Shown here piece by piece: positions 11,501 to 38,424 of a stretch of DNA of 64,000 nucleotides (position 1 is its first letter; each line of letters begins with the position of its first letter). Both the position numbers and the translations under genes were made by a program. This DNA is from Macrostomum lignano (Eukaryota), in the NCBI GenBank assembly GCA_002269645.1, contig NIVC01001778.1, forward strand, positions 174,401 through 238,400. The letters are read 5' to 3'. Under the pieces are notes generated by a model. It was given only the letters and a program-made list of their open reading frames with translations. It searched no databases and was not told where the DNA came from.

Positions 11501-14500
11501 TGGGGAAGGGGATGGAGATGGGGATGGGGATGGGGATGGGGGGCGGCGATGGGATGAGGATGGGGATGGGGATGAGGATGGGTTAGAGATGGGGATGGGG
11601 ATGGGGATGGGGTGGGGATGAGGATGGGGATGGGGATGGGGATGGTGATGGGTGATGGAGGATGGGGATGGAGATGGGGATGGACACATGAAGCAGGCCT
11701 CAAAAAAGCAACACAATAATCAACCACCCTCCCCATACCTCCTCAGACATCCCATCGGATATCAGGACGCCGTCCTTCTGCATGGCTCGGCAGCGTTTCC
11801 TCATCGGCTGATGCGGCTGCTCCCCGCAGTTCCGTTGAATTCCCGGTTGATGACTCAACCGCCAACGCTGCTCCCAGCGTCGTCGCTTGAGCTTGATCAC
11901 AGCGTAGAAGGTGACGACATTCAGCGGCGGCAGCAGAGCCACCGCGGCAAGCAGCTGCCGCTTCACAACGAAAGCCGGCGACCGCATCCGGTCAGGCCCA
12001 CGGACTCGAAGTAGCAGCCGAACCAGTCTTTGTCCAGCGCGTCCTGACAGCAGGCCAGCGACAGGAAGTTGCCGCACTTGGCCGCCGCTGCCAACGACAC
12101 GACGCTGTGATTGCCGAACGGGGTGAGCTTGAGTCTGATGAAGTCGCAGGTGACCGTCTTTCTCTGCGAACGATCGTTGATGAACACCTCTTGCAGGGCA
12201 GCTTTCAACAGTTGCTCCATGGAGTCGGCGCGCTCTTCCAGGCCTTCGCGCACGCCTGTGGTGATGACTGACAGCCGGCAGAGGCTGCGGAGCACCTTCA
12301 CTGCGTACAGGCCCAGCGGGATGATGTCAAACTGGCGCATGCACAGGTTGAGAAAGCTGCGCTGGTATCTGGTTGGTGCAGTTTTTTCACATAAAATTGC
12401 AGCTTAATCTACTTGCAGTAGCGTAGTGCACGTTTCTAATAAAAAAGTTGAAATTTAATTCGCTTTTAAAGTGATCAAAGATTTGCCATTTAAAATTTCT
12501 ACAGAAAATCGACTTAAATTTCTCATAGACTTTCTTGATTGTTCATTACATTAGCTAAGCTAAATTGGTCATAGATTAGCTAGCTAAATTGGTCATAGAT
12601 TAGCTAGCTAAATCGGTCATAGATTAGCTAGCTAAATTGGTCATAGATTAGCTAGCAAAATTGGTCATAACGTTTTTTTATAGTCAGTAATTCAGGTTGT
12701 GCTAGCCAGTAATTAAATTATGTCCAATTTACAGAGATTTCGTTAACCAAGTCTAGCTCAGAGAGGGTTAATTACTTCTTAGTGCATTGCAACCGTAGCT
12801 AGTAGGGTAGCTAGTAGGGTAGCTATTAGGGTAGCTGATAGGGTAGCTGTTTGGGTAGCTGTCAATCATTTTCTTGAGCATTCGTTGACTCTAATTCGCT
12901 CCCGACTTCAATCGGGCACCAAGCACTAGCCGCAGGCAAGGGAACACGGGATATTTCGCCACTCACTTCCCAGTGATGACTGTCCAGACAATGTAGGTGC
13001 GAATAGGATTGAGGAAGATGCGGAACTGATTAATCTGGCACAGCCGTGCATCCGGTTCGGCCGTCTCGATGCCGGTGAGGTGAGCCAGAAAGTACTGCAG
13101 ACTGCGCCAGAACGCGTCCTCGTTGCTGAAGTCCAACTGTTCTCGAACATAGGTCCACACGCCTTGGCCATTCTCCTCGCACTCCTTGTACAGGGTGAAC
13201 AAGTAGTTCCGCTCGATTCGCTGGGTAATGTCTACAGGCGTCACGTCACCCATGACGTGCATGAGCACCTGCATGAGGTCGAAGTTCTCTTCGATGTAGG
13301 CTTTCTTGGTGAATAGCTCCATGAATCTCTGTCCAGACTCGCCCTCCATCAGCTTTCGGCTCAGACAGAACTCCGGCATCTGACGCATCAGTTCAAGGAA
13401 TTTCTTCAAGTTCTGCTCATTGATGCACTCCTCCAGGGCTTTGATGCTGAAGGCCTGACGAACCGTTTCGCTGGCGTGGTGACTCTGAATGAGACCGAGG
13501 CGTCTCAGCTCCTGTACGATCAGCAGGAAGCTGCGACCGGTGCTGTCAATCATTTTCAGCATCTCGAAGACGTCCCGGACCAGAGATAGTTGAGCTTTGG
13601 GCGACTCGGTTGGGGTAATCGAGGTCGCGTCCTCGGAGCGGCGAAACATTCGGACGAGTTTGAACTGGAAGATTCGGTGCAGCAGCTGAGCGTTGTTGCT
13701 TTCCAGCAGGAGGTCCAGCGGACGGACCTGCGGAAATAGCGGAGTCAACCGATCGAATGAAGATTTAAGCTCCGAGGATGGTAAACTCTCAGGATGGTAA
13801 ACTCCCAGGATGGTAAACTCCGAGGATGGTAAACTCTCAGGATGGCAAACTCCCAGGATGGTAAACTCCCAGGATGGTAAACTCCCAGGATGGTAAACTC
13901 CCAGGATGGTAAACTCCCAGGATGGTAAACTCCCAGGATGGTAAACTCCCAGGATGGTAAACTCCCAGGATGGTAAACTCCGAGGATGGTAAACTCCCCG
14001 GATGGTAAACTCCCAGGATGGTAAACTCCCCGGATGGTAAACTCCGAGGATGGTAAACTCCGAGGATGGTAAACTCCCAGGATGGTAAACTCCCAGGATA
14101 GTAAACTACGAATTCGTTGCATAACCCAACAATCTCTACAAACGACAGACAAGTTCTTGACGCAGGCCCGGTACTTAGATTTCTTGCGACGATTCAAACC
14201 GAATCGCAACTCTCGCGTCTCACCTCTTTAAAGTCTGAATCGTACAGGCTGACCGAATGTCTCAGCAGGAACAGCACGGATTCATTCAGCTCCCGTTCGA
14301 CGCACGCGTGCATCAGAGTTCGACCGTCGGAGTCGCGTGAGCCAAAGTGCCTGACGGACCAGTCGGGCTCGGCCTGCAGCAGCAGCTCGGCAGTTTCCGC
14401 GCTCTCAACCAGCAGGGCGCGGTCGATCGGCGCCTGATTGGCGTCGTCCAGCACGGCTGCTTTGGCGCCGTTTTCTAGCAAGATTTTCACCGTCTTTTTG

Positions 14501-14590
14501 CACACCCTGCTGAGTCGACCGGAGGCGTAGTGAAGCGGAGTGCGACCCCTGCGGTTAGCGGTTCGGGTCGGCACCTGCCTGTCTTTCTCC

Positions 14591-14623
<33 letters not shown>

Positions 14624-14657
14624 CCTGTCTGTCTGTCTGTCTGTCTGTCTGTCTGCC

Positions 14658-14690
<33 letters not shown>

Positions 14691-14693
14691 GCC

Positions 14694-14734
<41 letters not shown>

Positions 14735-16486
14735 GCCTGCCTGTCTGTCCGTCTTTCTCAAAGTAAAAATCCCATACTTAAATTAGCCACAAATACAAAA
14801 GTCAGAGAGCACATTTCTCGACATTTGATGGATCAACACAAGACCAATTATTTAAAGTACCGGTAGAGAAAATTAACTTAGGGACTCCAGCAATCCAATC
14901 GAATTTTATATTGCCAAAAAATACCTTAATGAATTGTTTGCTCAGCTCAGCTAGCTTATGAGACTCAGTCTCACTAATTAACCCACACTAGGCGTATACA
15001 TAGCCTACTGCTAGTCGAATTGTAGATGAACCTACTTAATTTATTGCCTACTTAATTAACAGAGCGGCTGTCAATGGACAGGTAGATAAGATTGAGTTAT
15101 CCTAACAGCTAGGGCTCAGTGCTCCGATGCTGACTGTTTAAACAAAGCAATCTTCACTCGCAGCAAGGATCAATAAAATACTCTACGTGGTCTATAATAC
15201 TGAGCAGAGATGGGGTTGAGAATGCAGAGCTCATTCAAAGTAGAAGGGCATTTTTAACGCCATTCGCGGTAGAGGATTAATCGACTAAGTGGTTCTTCTT
15301 TTAGAAGCAAAATTTCAGTCAAGCGGGTTTCATTTGCTGACACATTCATCGTGATAAATGTGCTGCCGAATAAATGAAACAAAATTTAATTACAATAAAT
15401 TGAGAAACCACTATAATTATGGCTTGAAAAATCTTTGCAATTAAATAGACACATTCTTGCACATTTTAGACACAGCCATGCACCTTTGGACACAAATCCT
15501 GCACCTTTGGACACAAATCCTGCACCTTTGGACACCATCATGTACCTTTAGACACAAATTCTGCACCTTTGGTCACAATCCTGCACCTTTGGACACAATC
15601 CTGCACCTTTGGACACAATCCTGCACATTTGGACACAATCCTGCACATTTTAGACACAACTCTGCACCTTTGGACACAATCCTGCACATTTGGACACAAT
15701 CCTGCACATTTTAGACACAACTCTGCACCTTTGGACACAATCCTGCACATTTGGACACAATCCTGCACATTTTAGACACAACTCTGCACCTTTGGACACA
15801 ATTCTTCACGTTTGGACACAATCCTGCACATTTTAGACACAACTCTGCACCTTTGGACACAATTCTTCACGTTTGGACACAATCCTGCACATTTTAGACA
15901 CAATCCTGCACATTTGGACACAATCCTGCACATTTTAGACACAATCCTGCACATTTGGACACAATCCTGCACATTTTAGACACAACTCTGCACCTTTGGA
16001 CACAATTCTTCACGTTTGGACACAATCCCGCACATTTTAGACACAACTCTGCACCTTTGGACACAATCCTGCACATTTTAGACACAACTCTGCACCTTTG
16101 GACACAATTCTTCACGTTTGGACACAATCCTGCACATTTCGGACACAATCCTGCACATTTCGGACACAATCCTGCACATTTCGGACACAATCCTGCACAT
16201 TTCGGACACCAGTTGAATTCCAATGAATTCGCAATACAATGGGACAGAGCAAGCACCACTAAGCCGCTCACTTCTTGTCGGTAACGTTAGGATCGGCTCC
16301 CCTCTCAATCAGCAGGTACTCCAACAATTGGTTCCTGCTGTGCAAGGCCAGAATGTGCAGGCCTCGCCGACCGCAGTTGCCGCACAACGGACCGTCCACG
16401 CCGACGTCCCGCAGTACGGCGTCGATGTCGGCGCGATTGCCCGACGCGAAATTGGCAGCTCGACGTTCGCAGTTGCTGGCGGACAT
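8580..16486 (-). CDS. TRP cation channel, TRPM-like (MHR3/4, 6 TM, TRP helix, coiled coil) with N-terminal ankyrin repeats; ~1238 aa, 8 exons
   Basis: Exons 16272-16486, 14224-14548, 12967-13727, 12002-12368, 11739-11960, 10696-11355, 9514-10088, 8580-9171. All introns are GT-AG, phases are consistent, total 3717 nt. Motifs: ANK DPNVTDKKGRTPLHYA; MHR4-like NPIRTYIVWTVITG and FGNHSVVSLAAAAKCGNFLSLACCQDALDKDWFG; S1 FLSSPSVKF; S3 DMWNVMD; S4-S5 GPKIRMI; pore YITVGEF; S6 NVLLLNLLIALF; LPPPLNIL; coiled coil. The start codon and the 41-nt intron are inferred. Confidence 0.88.
9225..9491. repeat. 11-bp minisatellite GGATGGGTCAA (TRP intron 7)
   Basis: Direct. Confidence 0.95.
10154..10659. repeat. 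Perfect 20-bp minisatellite GTGTCAGAGACTGTTCTAGG x~25 (TRP intron 6)
   Basis: Direct; no variant units seen. Confidence 0.97.
11390..11683. repeat. (GGGATG)n hexamer repeat (TRP intron 5)
   Basis: Direct. Confidence 0.95.
12555..12670. repeat. 24-bp tandem AGCTAAATTGGTCATAGATTAGCT (~5 copies)
   Basis: Direct; TRP intron 3. Confidence 0.85.
13775..14105. repeat. 16-bp minisatellite GGATGGTAAACTCCCA (TRP intron 2)
   Basis: Direct. Confidence 0.95.
14575..14755. repeat. (TCTG)n microsatellite (TRP intron 1)
   Basis: Direct. Confidence 0.95.
15455..16210. repeat. 20-bp minisatellite TGGACACAATCCTGCACATT with higher-order variants (TRP intron 1)
   Basis: Direct. Confidence 0.95.
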
Positions 16487-16609
16487 GATTGCGTTATGAG
16501 CTGGGGATAGGAACTCGACGCATTGCTTGGTGCTGGGTTTAGCACAGTTTATATAGGTTAAATACTGTGCGAACACCTCGGCGAAGTCTTAGTGAACCCC
16601 CCTCCCCCC

Positions 16610-16625
16610 AGCCAGCCAATCAGAA
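16610..16625. promoter_or_regulatory. CCAAT box (GCCAATCAG) ~130 bp upstream of the TRP gene ATG
   Basis: Match to the NF-Y consensus at a plausible position; function untested. Confidence 0.3.
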
Positions 16626-16964
16626 GCCTTTTTGACAGGGTACGAGCTATAAACGTATGCATGATTCCTATTATACGATGATATATACTGAGTAAATGTA
16701 CCACAACATGCAGATACGGGGTGCATAGGCAGAGCTGTAGATAGAGATATATAGAGCAATGGAGGTCTAAACTTAGAACTTGGAGCGGCTATAACTCCAC
16801 AAAAGACCTATTTTCAGGCTGCTATTGGCTGACCACAGTTTCTTTCAGTTAATGCACAGAATTTAGGCAAGTTTCAGAGCGGTAATTATTTCATCTAGAG
16901 ACCGTCTTTGGAGATCGTGCTGGTTTCGTTTAAAGGGCGCGACATCTCGTTCGACGGGAAGCGC

Positions 16965-17775
16965 TATTTCATTTGAGAAAGGCACCATTTCATTTGAGAT
17001 TGGCGCCATTTCATTTGATGGAGGCGCCATTTCATTTGAGGGAGGCGCCATTTCATTTGAGGGAGGCGCCATTTCATTTGAGGAAGGCGCATTTCATTTG
17101 AGGGAGGCGCCATTTCATTTGAGATTGGCGCCATTTCATTTGAGGGAGGCGCCAGTTCATTTAGGAGTGGGAGGCGCCATTTCATTAGAGAGGGGGAGGC
17201 GCCAGTTCATTAGAGAGGGGGAGGCGCCGTTTCATTTGAGATTGGCGCCATTTCATTTGAGGGAGGTGCTATTTCATTTAAGGGAGGCGCCATTTCATTT
17301 GAGGAAGGCGCATTTCATTTGAGGGAGGCGCCATTTCATTTGAGATTGGCGCCATTTCATTTGAGGGAGGTGTATTTCATTTAAGGGAGGCGCCATTTCA
17401 TTTGAGATTGGCGCCATTTCATTTGAGGGAGGCGCCAGTTCATTTAGGAGTGGGAGGCGCCATTTCATTAGAGAGGGGGAGGCGCCAGTTCATTAGAGAG
17501 GGGGAGGCGCCGTTTCATTAGAGAGGGGGAGGCGCCATTTCATTAGAGAGGGGGAGGCGCCAGTTCATTAGAGAGGGGGAGGCGCCGTTTCATTAGAGAG
17601 GGGGAGGCGCAATTTCATTAGAGAGGGGGAGGCGCCATTTCATTAGAGAGGGGAGGCGCCATTTCATTAGAGAGGGGAGGCGCCATTTTATTAGAGAGGG
17701 GGAGGCGCAATTTCATTAGAGAGGGGGAGGCGCAATTTCATTAGAGAGGGGGCGGCGCCATTTCATTTGAGGGTG
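16965..17775. repeat. 21-24-bp minisatellite GAGGGAGGCGCCATTTCATTT
   Basis: Direct; the unit drifts to AGAGAGGGGGAGGCGCCATTTCATT toward the 3' end. Confidence 0.95.
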
Positions 17776-20014
17776 CCATTTTGAACTGTAACTGAGACGC
17801 CCGTTATTTCCCTAGCCAGATAGCCAATTAATCGTAGAACTCCAGGTGCTGGAGCAGCTCAATTGTTTATTTAGGCCATTTTAACCCTTCAGCATGGGGC
17901 AGTGGACAGACTGGCCTTCCCGCACAGAAGCGCAATTCAGGCCGGCCCCCTGCTGTGCTCAAAGTGAGCGGTACTAAAAATTTTATATGACTCGCCACTT
18001 ATTGAAGTTGTGTATGCTCTTGGTCTGGGCTGTACCTGTATGCGAGTGCAGTCTTAACAACAACACTCACTGTTAGATTTAGTTTATACAAAGCCTTTTT
18101 ATCTTCAACAAGGCACTATCACCTCAGTGTGTGTGTGCTACAATTAGCTCACTTGATTGTACAGCCTCTCACGCTACACAGAAAATTAATTCCATTCATA
18201 TACAATTCTGCCTACTTAAAAGAAACGTATAAAACACGTATTTAAGAATACGTATTTTAGGTTCAAAAAGGAGAGAAGTAAAAATGTAATATTCATTTAT
18301 GGGCATTGGGAAAAATTTTAACAGAGAAAATATCAATAAAACGCTTATCAAGTCTCATTTATCAGTAATTATTTGATTCCAACTAGCGCACTTGTAAGCG
18401 CGCAATGCATACTACTAACAGCTTTGCGTGCAAATTTAGCTCGTAATAAATGTATTTTTTAACGAAAACAGTTTTAAATATTAGGAACCCAGAAGTTATG
18501 AATTTTAAGCGAATAGCAAGGCAAGCATAATAAGAAAAAATACAGTTAGACAGGAAAAACACAAAGCTAAGAATATGCATGAAAGAATATAACATATTTT
18601 TGCGCCAACACAGTTTCGTAAATCTTTGACAGCGACAGTTACAGGAAACAAAAAAATCGTGAATATTGCTAACAAACAATTTGCAAGGCTAACAGCTACA
18701 ATCAACCTCTGCAGTTTCATTGATGAAAAATCGTTTATTCATAGTTGAAATTCCAATTTCCAACTAGTAGGCAAACAGTTACAACAATAAAAACCGTGTT
18801 CACTAGTAGGTTAATTAAAATATTATAATGCAAGATGTGACTGTGATACAATCAGTTGCGAGAAAGAAGTTGACAGCACACATAATAATCAATACACTGT
18901 TAGCAGAAAACTGCAACTGCATTTCCTATCTTCACAATAAGTATATCAACTTCATTTAAGATAAAGTACACGTGAAAATTTAGATTTCTAGATCGCTAAT
19001 AATAGTCTATACTCTATATAATAGTAATAAAAAAATAGGGTTAGTGTTAATATTAGGCTACGGGGTAAGGAAAGAAGGGGGGTTAGGGCTCCTCTCCATA
19101 GCCAACCACCCTATTCGGGCCGGGCGGGCAGAGGGATAGGGTGGTTAAGTGGTTTAAGCACGGCTAGGAATGGCTGCGGCTAGGGCTAATGGGTGACTGA
19201 CGATAAAATCGATAAAATTCAGCCCCCCTCCCCCACTGAGACCCCTGAAAGCTGACGTACAAATAGTAGAGTTAATAGGGGTAGAAAATAGGGGGAGGGG
19301 CGACGACACTAATAAAATCGATAATAATAAAAAAGTCTGCTAAACGATTAAATGACTTAAGAGAGCGTGGGGGTTTATTGGCCGACCCAAATAGATCGAT
19401 AAATCTCGACCAAACTCCACACGGTCTGAATGAGACGGAATTATTGTTAGTTGTCCTAAATACTGGAACCACTTAATTAAATTAATTTGTACTCTTACGA
19501 CTACTGACTGCTGAGTGCTAACCAAATAATTTGGGGAGAAAGTCAGTTATTAAGTACTAAACAAGTTCCGCTGTTTAAATTTCCAATTTAAAGTAAATAG
19601 AAAATTAGAAACCAGGCGAATATTTGCTTCGCAGAATACTACCCCATATAAATTGGTGATTAAACAACAGAACAAACAAACTGAGGCAAAACAAAAAAGC
19701 AAGCAAACACGCTTCAGTTTGTGTACTTTGGCACACAGACACGGACAGCTAAGCAAATCGGGATTAAATGTGTTGCATTTATAGAGTTCAACATTAAGAA
19801 ATTGTAGGGGAATCGACGAAATTCCCAACGAATTATAATCCAAAACAAATGTTATAAATTTATTTATTTATTTGATTTGATTATTCCAATGCATAGGTCA
19901 CAGGGCAGTCAGAGAGATTACTTTACAATACGAATCCGATTGGCATATTTGAAAACATCCACCAATGCACCCAACATAGCTACATTAGTGACAAACTAAA
20001 TACGCTTGATTCTA

Positions 20015-34671
<14,657 letters not shown>

Positions 34672-34835
34672 TTTAAAAGAAAAATTAACGATTTCTCATT
34701 TAAGCTTATATCGTGTATTTAATTGTTCTGATAAAGCTATTGCCTTAAAAGCATCTAGTCTATTTGTACAATAAATCTCAATTGCAACTAATGTTGTAAC
34801 GATAGTTCTAATAGGATTTGGGAAGTTGCTGAGGG

Positions 34836-35247
34836 AGGCTGGCTCAGCAACTGATGATCTGGGAGGCTGGCCCAGCAACTGGGGATCTGGGAGGCTGGCT
34901 CAGCAACTGAGGATCTGGGAGGCTGGCTCAGCAACTGATGATCTGGGAGGCTGGCTCAGCAACTGAGGATCTGGGAGGCTGGCCCAGCAACTGAGGATCT
35001 GGGAGGCTGGCCCAGCAACTGAGGATCTGGGGGCTGGCTCAGCAACTGGGGATCTGGGAGGCTGGCTCAGCAACTGATGATCTGGGAGGCTGGCTCAGCA
35101 ACTGAGGATCTGGGAGGCTGGCCCAGCAACTGAGGATCTGGGAGGCTGGCCCAGCAACTGAGGATCTGGGAGGCTGGCCCAGCAACTGAGGATCTGGGAG
35201 GCTGGCCCAGCAAGTGATGATCTGGGAGGCTGGTGGCCCAGCAACTC
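34836..35247. repeat. 28-bp minisatellite GGCTGGCCCAGCAACTGAGGATCTGGGA upstream of the UGGT ATG
   Basis: Direct. Confidence 0.95.
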
Positions 35248-36074
35248 AATAGCTGTTAAATAGCTGGGGTAATGGCGGGTGTATGTGGTGACCCCCCAGT
35301 CCTTGAACTCATCAGCCCTTCCGATGCGCAGTGCAATAGCTGCGGCTGAGCTGTCGGTTGCAGATCTGCTCATTAGGGCAGGTGTAATCTATTATTACTG
35401 TTGCTGCTATTTGCTGCTATTAAGAGTTCATACACTGAACTTAATCTTTAATCGGTATTCAGTATCATAGCGTGTATGAAAGTTCAATTCATTAGAAATG
35501 AAATTATTGTCTTAGTTCGAGTTTAAGTTCAAGTTTGTTTTAACCGGGTGAAATCAGAGCATATTAGTTTCCTTTTTTATTTTCGTGCAACTTGTTATCT
35601 AGTAGAATTATCAGTTCAGCATAAAATGTTTTTTTTGAAGTAAATGTAACAATTCTAGTAAAAAAGTAAATTAAGATTTTTTCTAACTCTCCATTAAAAG
35701 CAACAGTAAGAATAATGTATAAAAAGCCATGTACCACTGGAATTAGAGTAAGAATAAAAATCTACTTTTGGATAGACGTGCATCGATTGAAAATTACGTG
35801 CAACTCTCGCAAAAGAGTACGTAATAAACTTACATTTTATGTTTTTTTGTGAGAAATATGTTGTTACTAATATTATCATCAAGGTTACTACTTGTTAAGA
35901 CATTAGGAAACGAAAACACTTAATTTTTTTGTATTATCCTAAACGGATAAAAATTCTATCAAGCCAATCAAGCGCACTGCCACTCTTCTAAATTGTCAAG
36001 CTAAGCAGCCAATTATTCTAGCCGCAGAAACTATGATTTCTCATAGAATTATTAATTTAATTTGCAGCATTTAA

Positions 36075-36391
36075 TTTGGTCCAACAAGCATCAATTTGGT
36101 TCATAGCGGCTCTGTAGTTTCAGCCCTAGATTTTCATTTAGACACGACTGTCACAAGCAGTGAGAAGCAAGATCAGTCCCTAGAATCGTGGACTATAGTG
36201 CTACACTGTTAAACGAACGCCACGGGCTTGCGATCGAAGTGCAGTTTTGACCATGTTTAAATGCTCTCTTTGTTATTTTATAGTTGAGCAGATTGAATAT
36301 TTGACGTCATATTTTAATGGTACAGTGAAATTTGTCACTCATGATTAGGATTCATAGCCGCTATGAGCTAAATTGATGCTTATGAACCAAA
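36075..36391. mobile_element. Small inverted-repeat element (MITE-like)
   Basis: ~36-bp imperfect inverted repeat (AAGCATCAATTT-G-TCATAGCGGCT core) at 36075-36111 and 36356-36391; no clear TSD. Confidence 0.5.
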
Positions 36392-36451
36392 GCTTCCATT
36401 ACTTTGACAGACGTATCTTGGATTAAATTCAATGCTATTACACAAAGTCCA

Positions 36452-38424
36452 TTAACTATCTTGGCCCAGATAAGCTGGGTAATCCAGAGAGTTTTGCGAA
36501 GCAATTTTCTCAGCCAAAGTTTCATTGTTAGCCGACACGATGAGCTTGCTCTGCGGAGTAAGCGGCTCGCAGATTCTCAATACAATCGATCGCGGCTTGC
36601 AACTCAGCTTGCGAAACAATGCCATCGACCTCTCCGAATAGTCTGCCGAGGAAAGCATCAGAATGTACCGGTTCTCAATGTCGTGCTCCTGCACTTGAGC
36701 AACTACGGACGACAGAATACCGACTACAAAGTTAATGAATAGAATCGGCACAAATAGCACGTAGAATATGTGGGTCACGTTCAGGTCGATGCGATCGTTC
36801 TTCGGTACAAATATCGTCGTGTTAACAATGTTCAAAGAAACTAGAAATGTCTCGTAGAAGGCGGCTAGAAACTGAGGAATTGTATCCGGCCTGCTAGTAG
36901 TAGAATTAGTTGAGCTAGAGAAGATAAAGTTGGACTGAAACATTCGCGCGAAGATGGCCATAAGTACCAAATAGAGGACTATAAAGAAGGTGAACGCTGT
37001 TAAACTGTTGTAGAAACTGCTCATTAAAGTAGTCAGTGGCCGCAACAGGCGAAGATAGCAGACAAGAAGACAGGCACTAGACAGCAACAGAATTATGTTG
37101 CATAGACCAGTGAAAGTGTAAATAAAGTGACCGAATAGTTGGCAAGCGCGTTCAGCATCCAAGTAGATCCAAAACAGACCGACAGTGGCAGGAAACGAGA
37201 CTAAGGTAGGCAAGTTCCACGTCAACATGTCATAGTAGTACTTCCTTGGCCATTTAGGATAATTCACTTGGTTCCTGAAATATTTATCAAAAAATGGCAA
37301 AAACGTCTTAACAAATTGACGATTGCAAACCAACCGAATGGCACAAGAGTGAAATGGCATTACAAACGTACTCACCTTATATATTCCTTGCGAACAACTC
37401 CATACAACATAGAAAATGTTCCAAGCGAAGTGTACGCAAGCCAAACCGAGAGAACTACAACTGTTCCAATAGGAGTATCGGTATTCACGCCGGCGCATCT
37501 AAACTTGATGTAATCGTTGAGAATGCTGCCAGTGAACACAACAGTAAACACAGTGAGCAGAACACCGACGAAAAGAATGGTATAGAGAAACATCTTATTC
37601 GACTCAAAAAGCAGGTCAACCCACTGTTTCCAGATGAAGTTGTGCCTAAAAATTCCGATTTTCTTGAGCTCCGGCAGGGTTGATTCGCCGTACAAATCAA
37701 GCAGGATGCAGATTGGGCTGGTGAAATAACACGGATTTTCGCCAACGAGTTCGGACACATCCATAGTGATGTGCTCAGTAATGCCGATAGCCTCCGACTT
37801 TACAAGACAGTTGGGTGAGAAATAGTAGATGACGTACTCAACATAGTTTGCAAGACCGAGGTACACACCCCAGCTCAATGGACTCATGCCGGCAACACTT
37901 CGAGAATTAAGCATAACAGTATGCTGTTTCTGAGTGAAAAGCACACGATGGAACAAGCACACCAAGTCAAAAATTTCTGTCTTCGAACCTGTTTCCAATC
38001 GGCGCTTGGATGAAAAACTAAGTGCTCCAAACAAATGATGATAAGCGTTTAAGCCGTGCTCAACAATGCTGCTAAAGTCAACGCCAGACTCATTCATGTA
38101 AATCAGACACTTCTGTGCGTTATAAAACATCGCGATAAAGAAAGGGTTGGTAGGAAACGGATGCACATTATTGCACATAGCAACAGTGCTAGCGAACTGC
38201 GGACTGCATTCAAGCCAAACACCACCTGTGTCTCTGCTTTGCAGGAACTGCTTCCAGTTGATGTGCCTTGAAAAAACTTCTAAGTCTTCAACGTTGTCCT
38301 CGGCGAGACACTTGACGAAAGCTAACCAGTCCTCGTTGGTTGGTAAAAAGTCCAAAATGTTGTAGGGACATTCGATCATTTCCGGTGTATCCAACTTGGG
38401 CAAGATAGAATTTTTGTGCTTCAT
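36452..38424 (-). CDS. Divergent TRPV5/6-like (ankyrin + 6TM) cation channel, paralog A, ~623 aa, 2 exons
   Basis: Exons 37376-38424 and 36452-37274; 101-nt phase-2 intron GTGAGT...TTTCAG. Ankyrin-like NPFFIAMFYNAQKCLIYM and GMSPLSWGVYLG; six hydrophobic segments; pore FYETFLVSLNIVN; S6 ILFINFVVGILS; TRP-helix-like tail ending in ER. Confidence 0.8.

Noticed and set aside
9192-12407. Plus-strand ORFs 9192-10172, 10817-11332 and 12111-12407
   Set aside because: They are antisense shadows of GC-rich TRP exons plus repeats.
19035-19200. GGGTTAG-like motifs as an interstitial telomere
   Set aside because: Only scattered single units, not a tandem array.
35247-35390. Coding-looking island (RIGRADEFKDWGVTTYTRHYPSYL) upstream of UGGT
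   Set aside because: No family match or usable splice partner; it may be 5' UTR, but this cannot be supported.
35960-35990. Possible ER stress element upstream of UGGT
   Set aside because: CCAAT is present, but the spacing and second half do not fit CCAAT-N9-CCACG.
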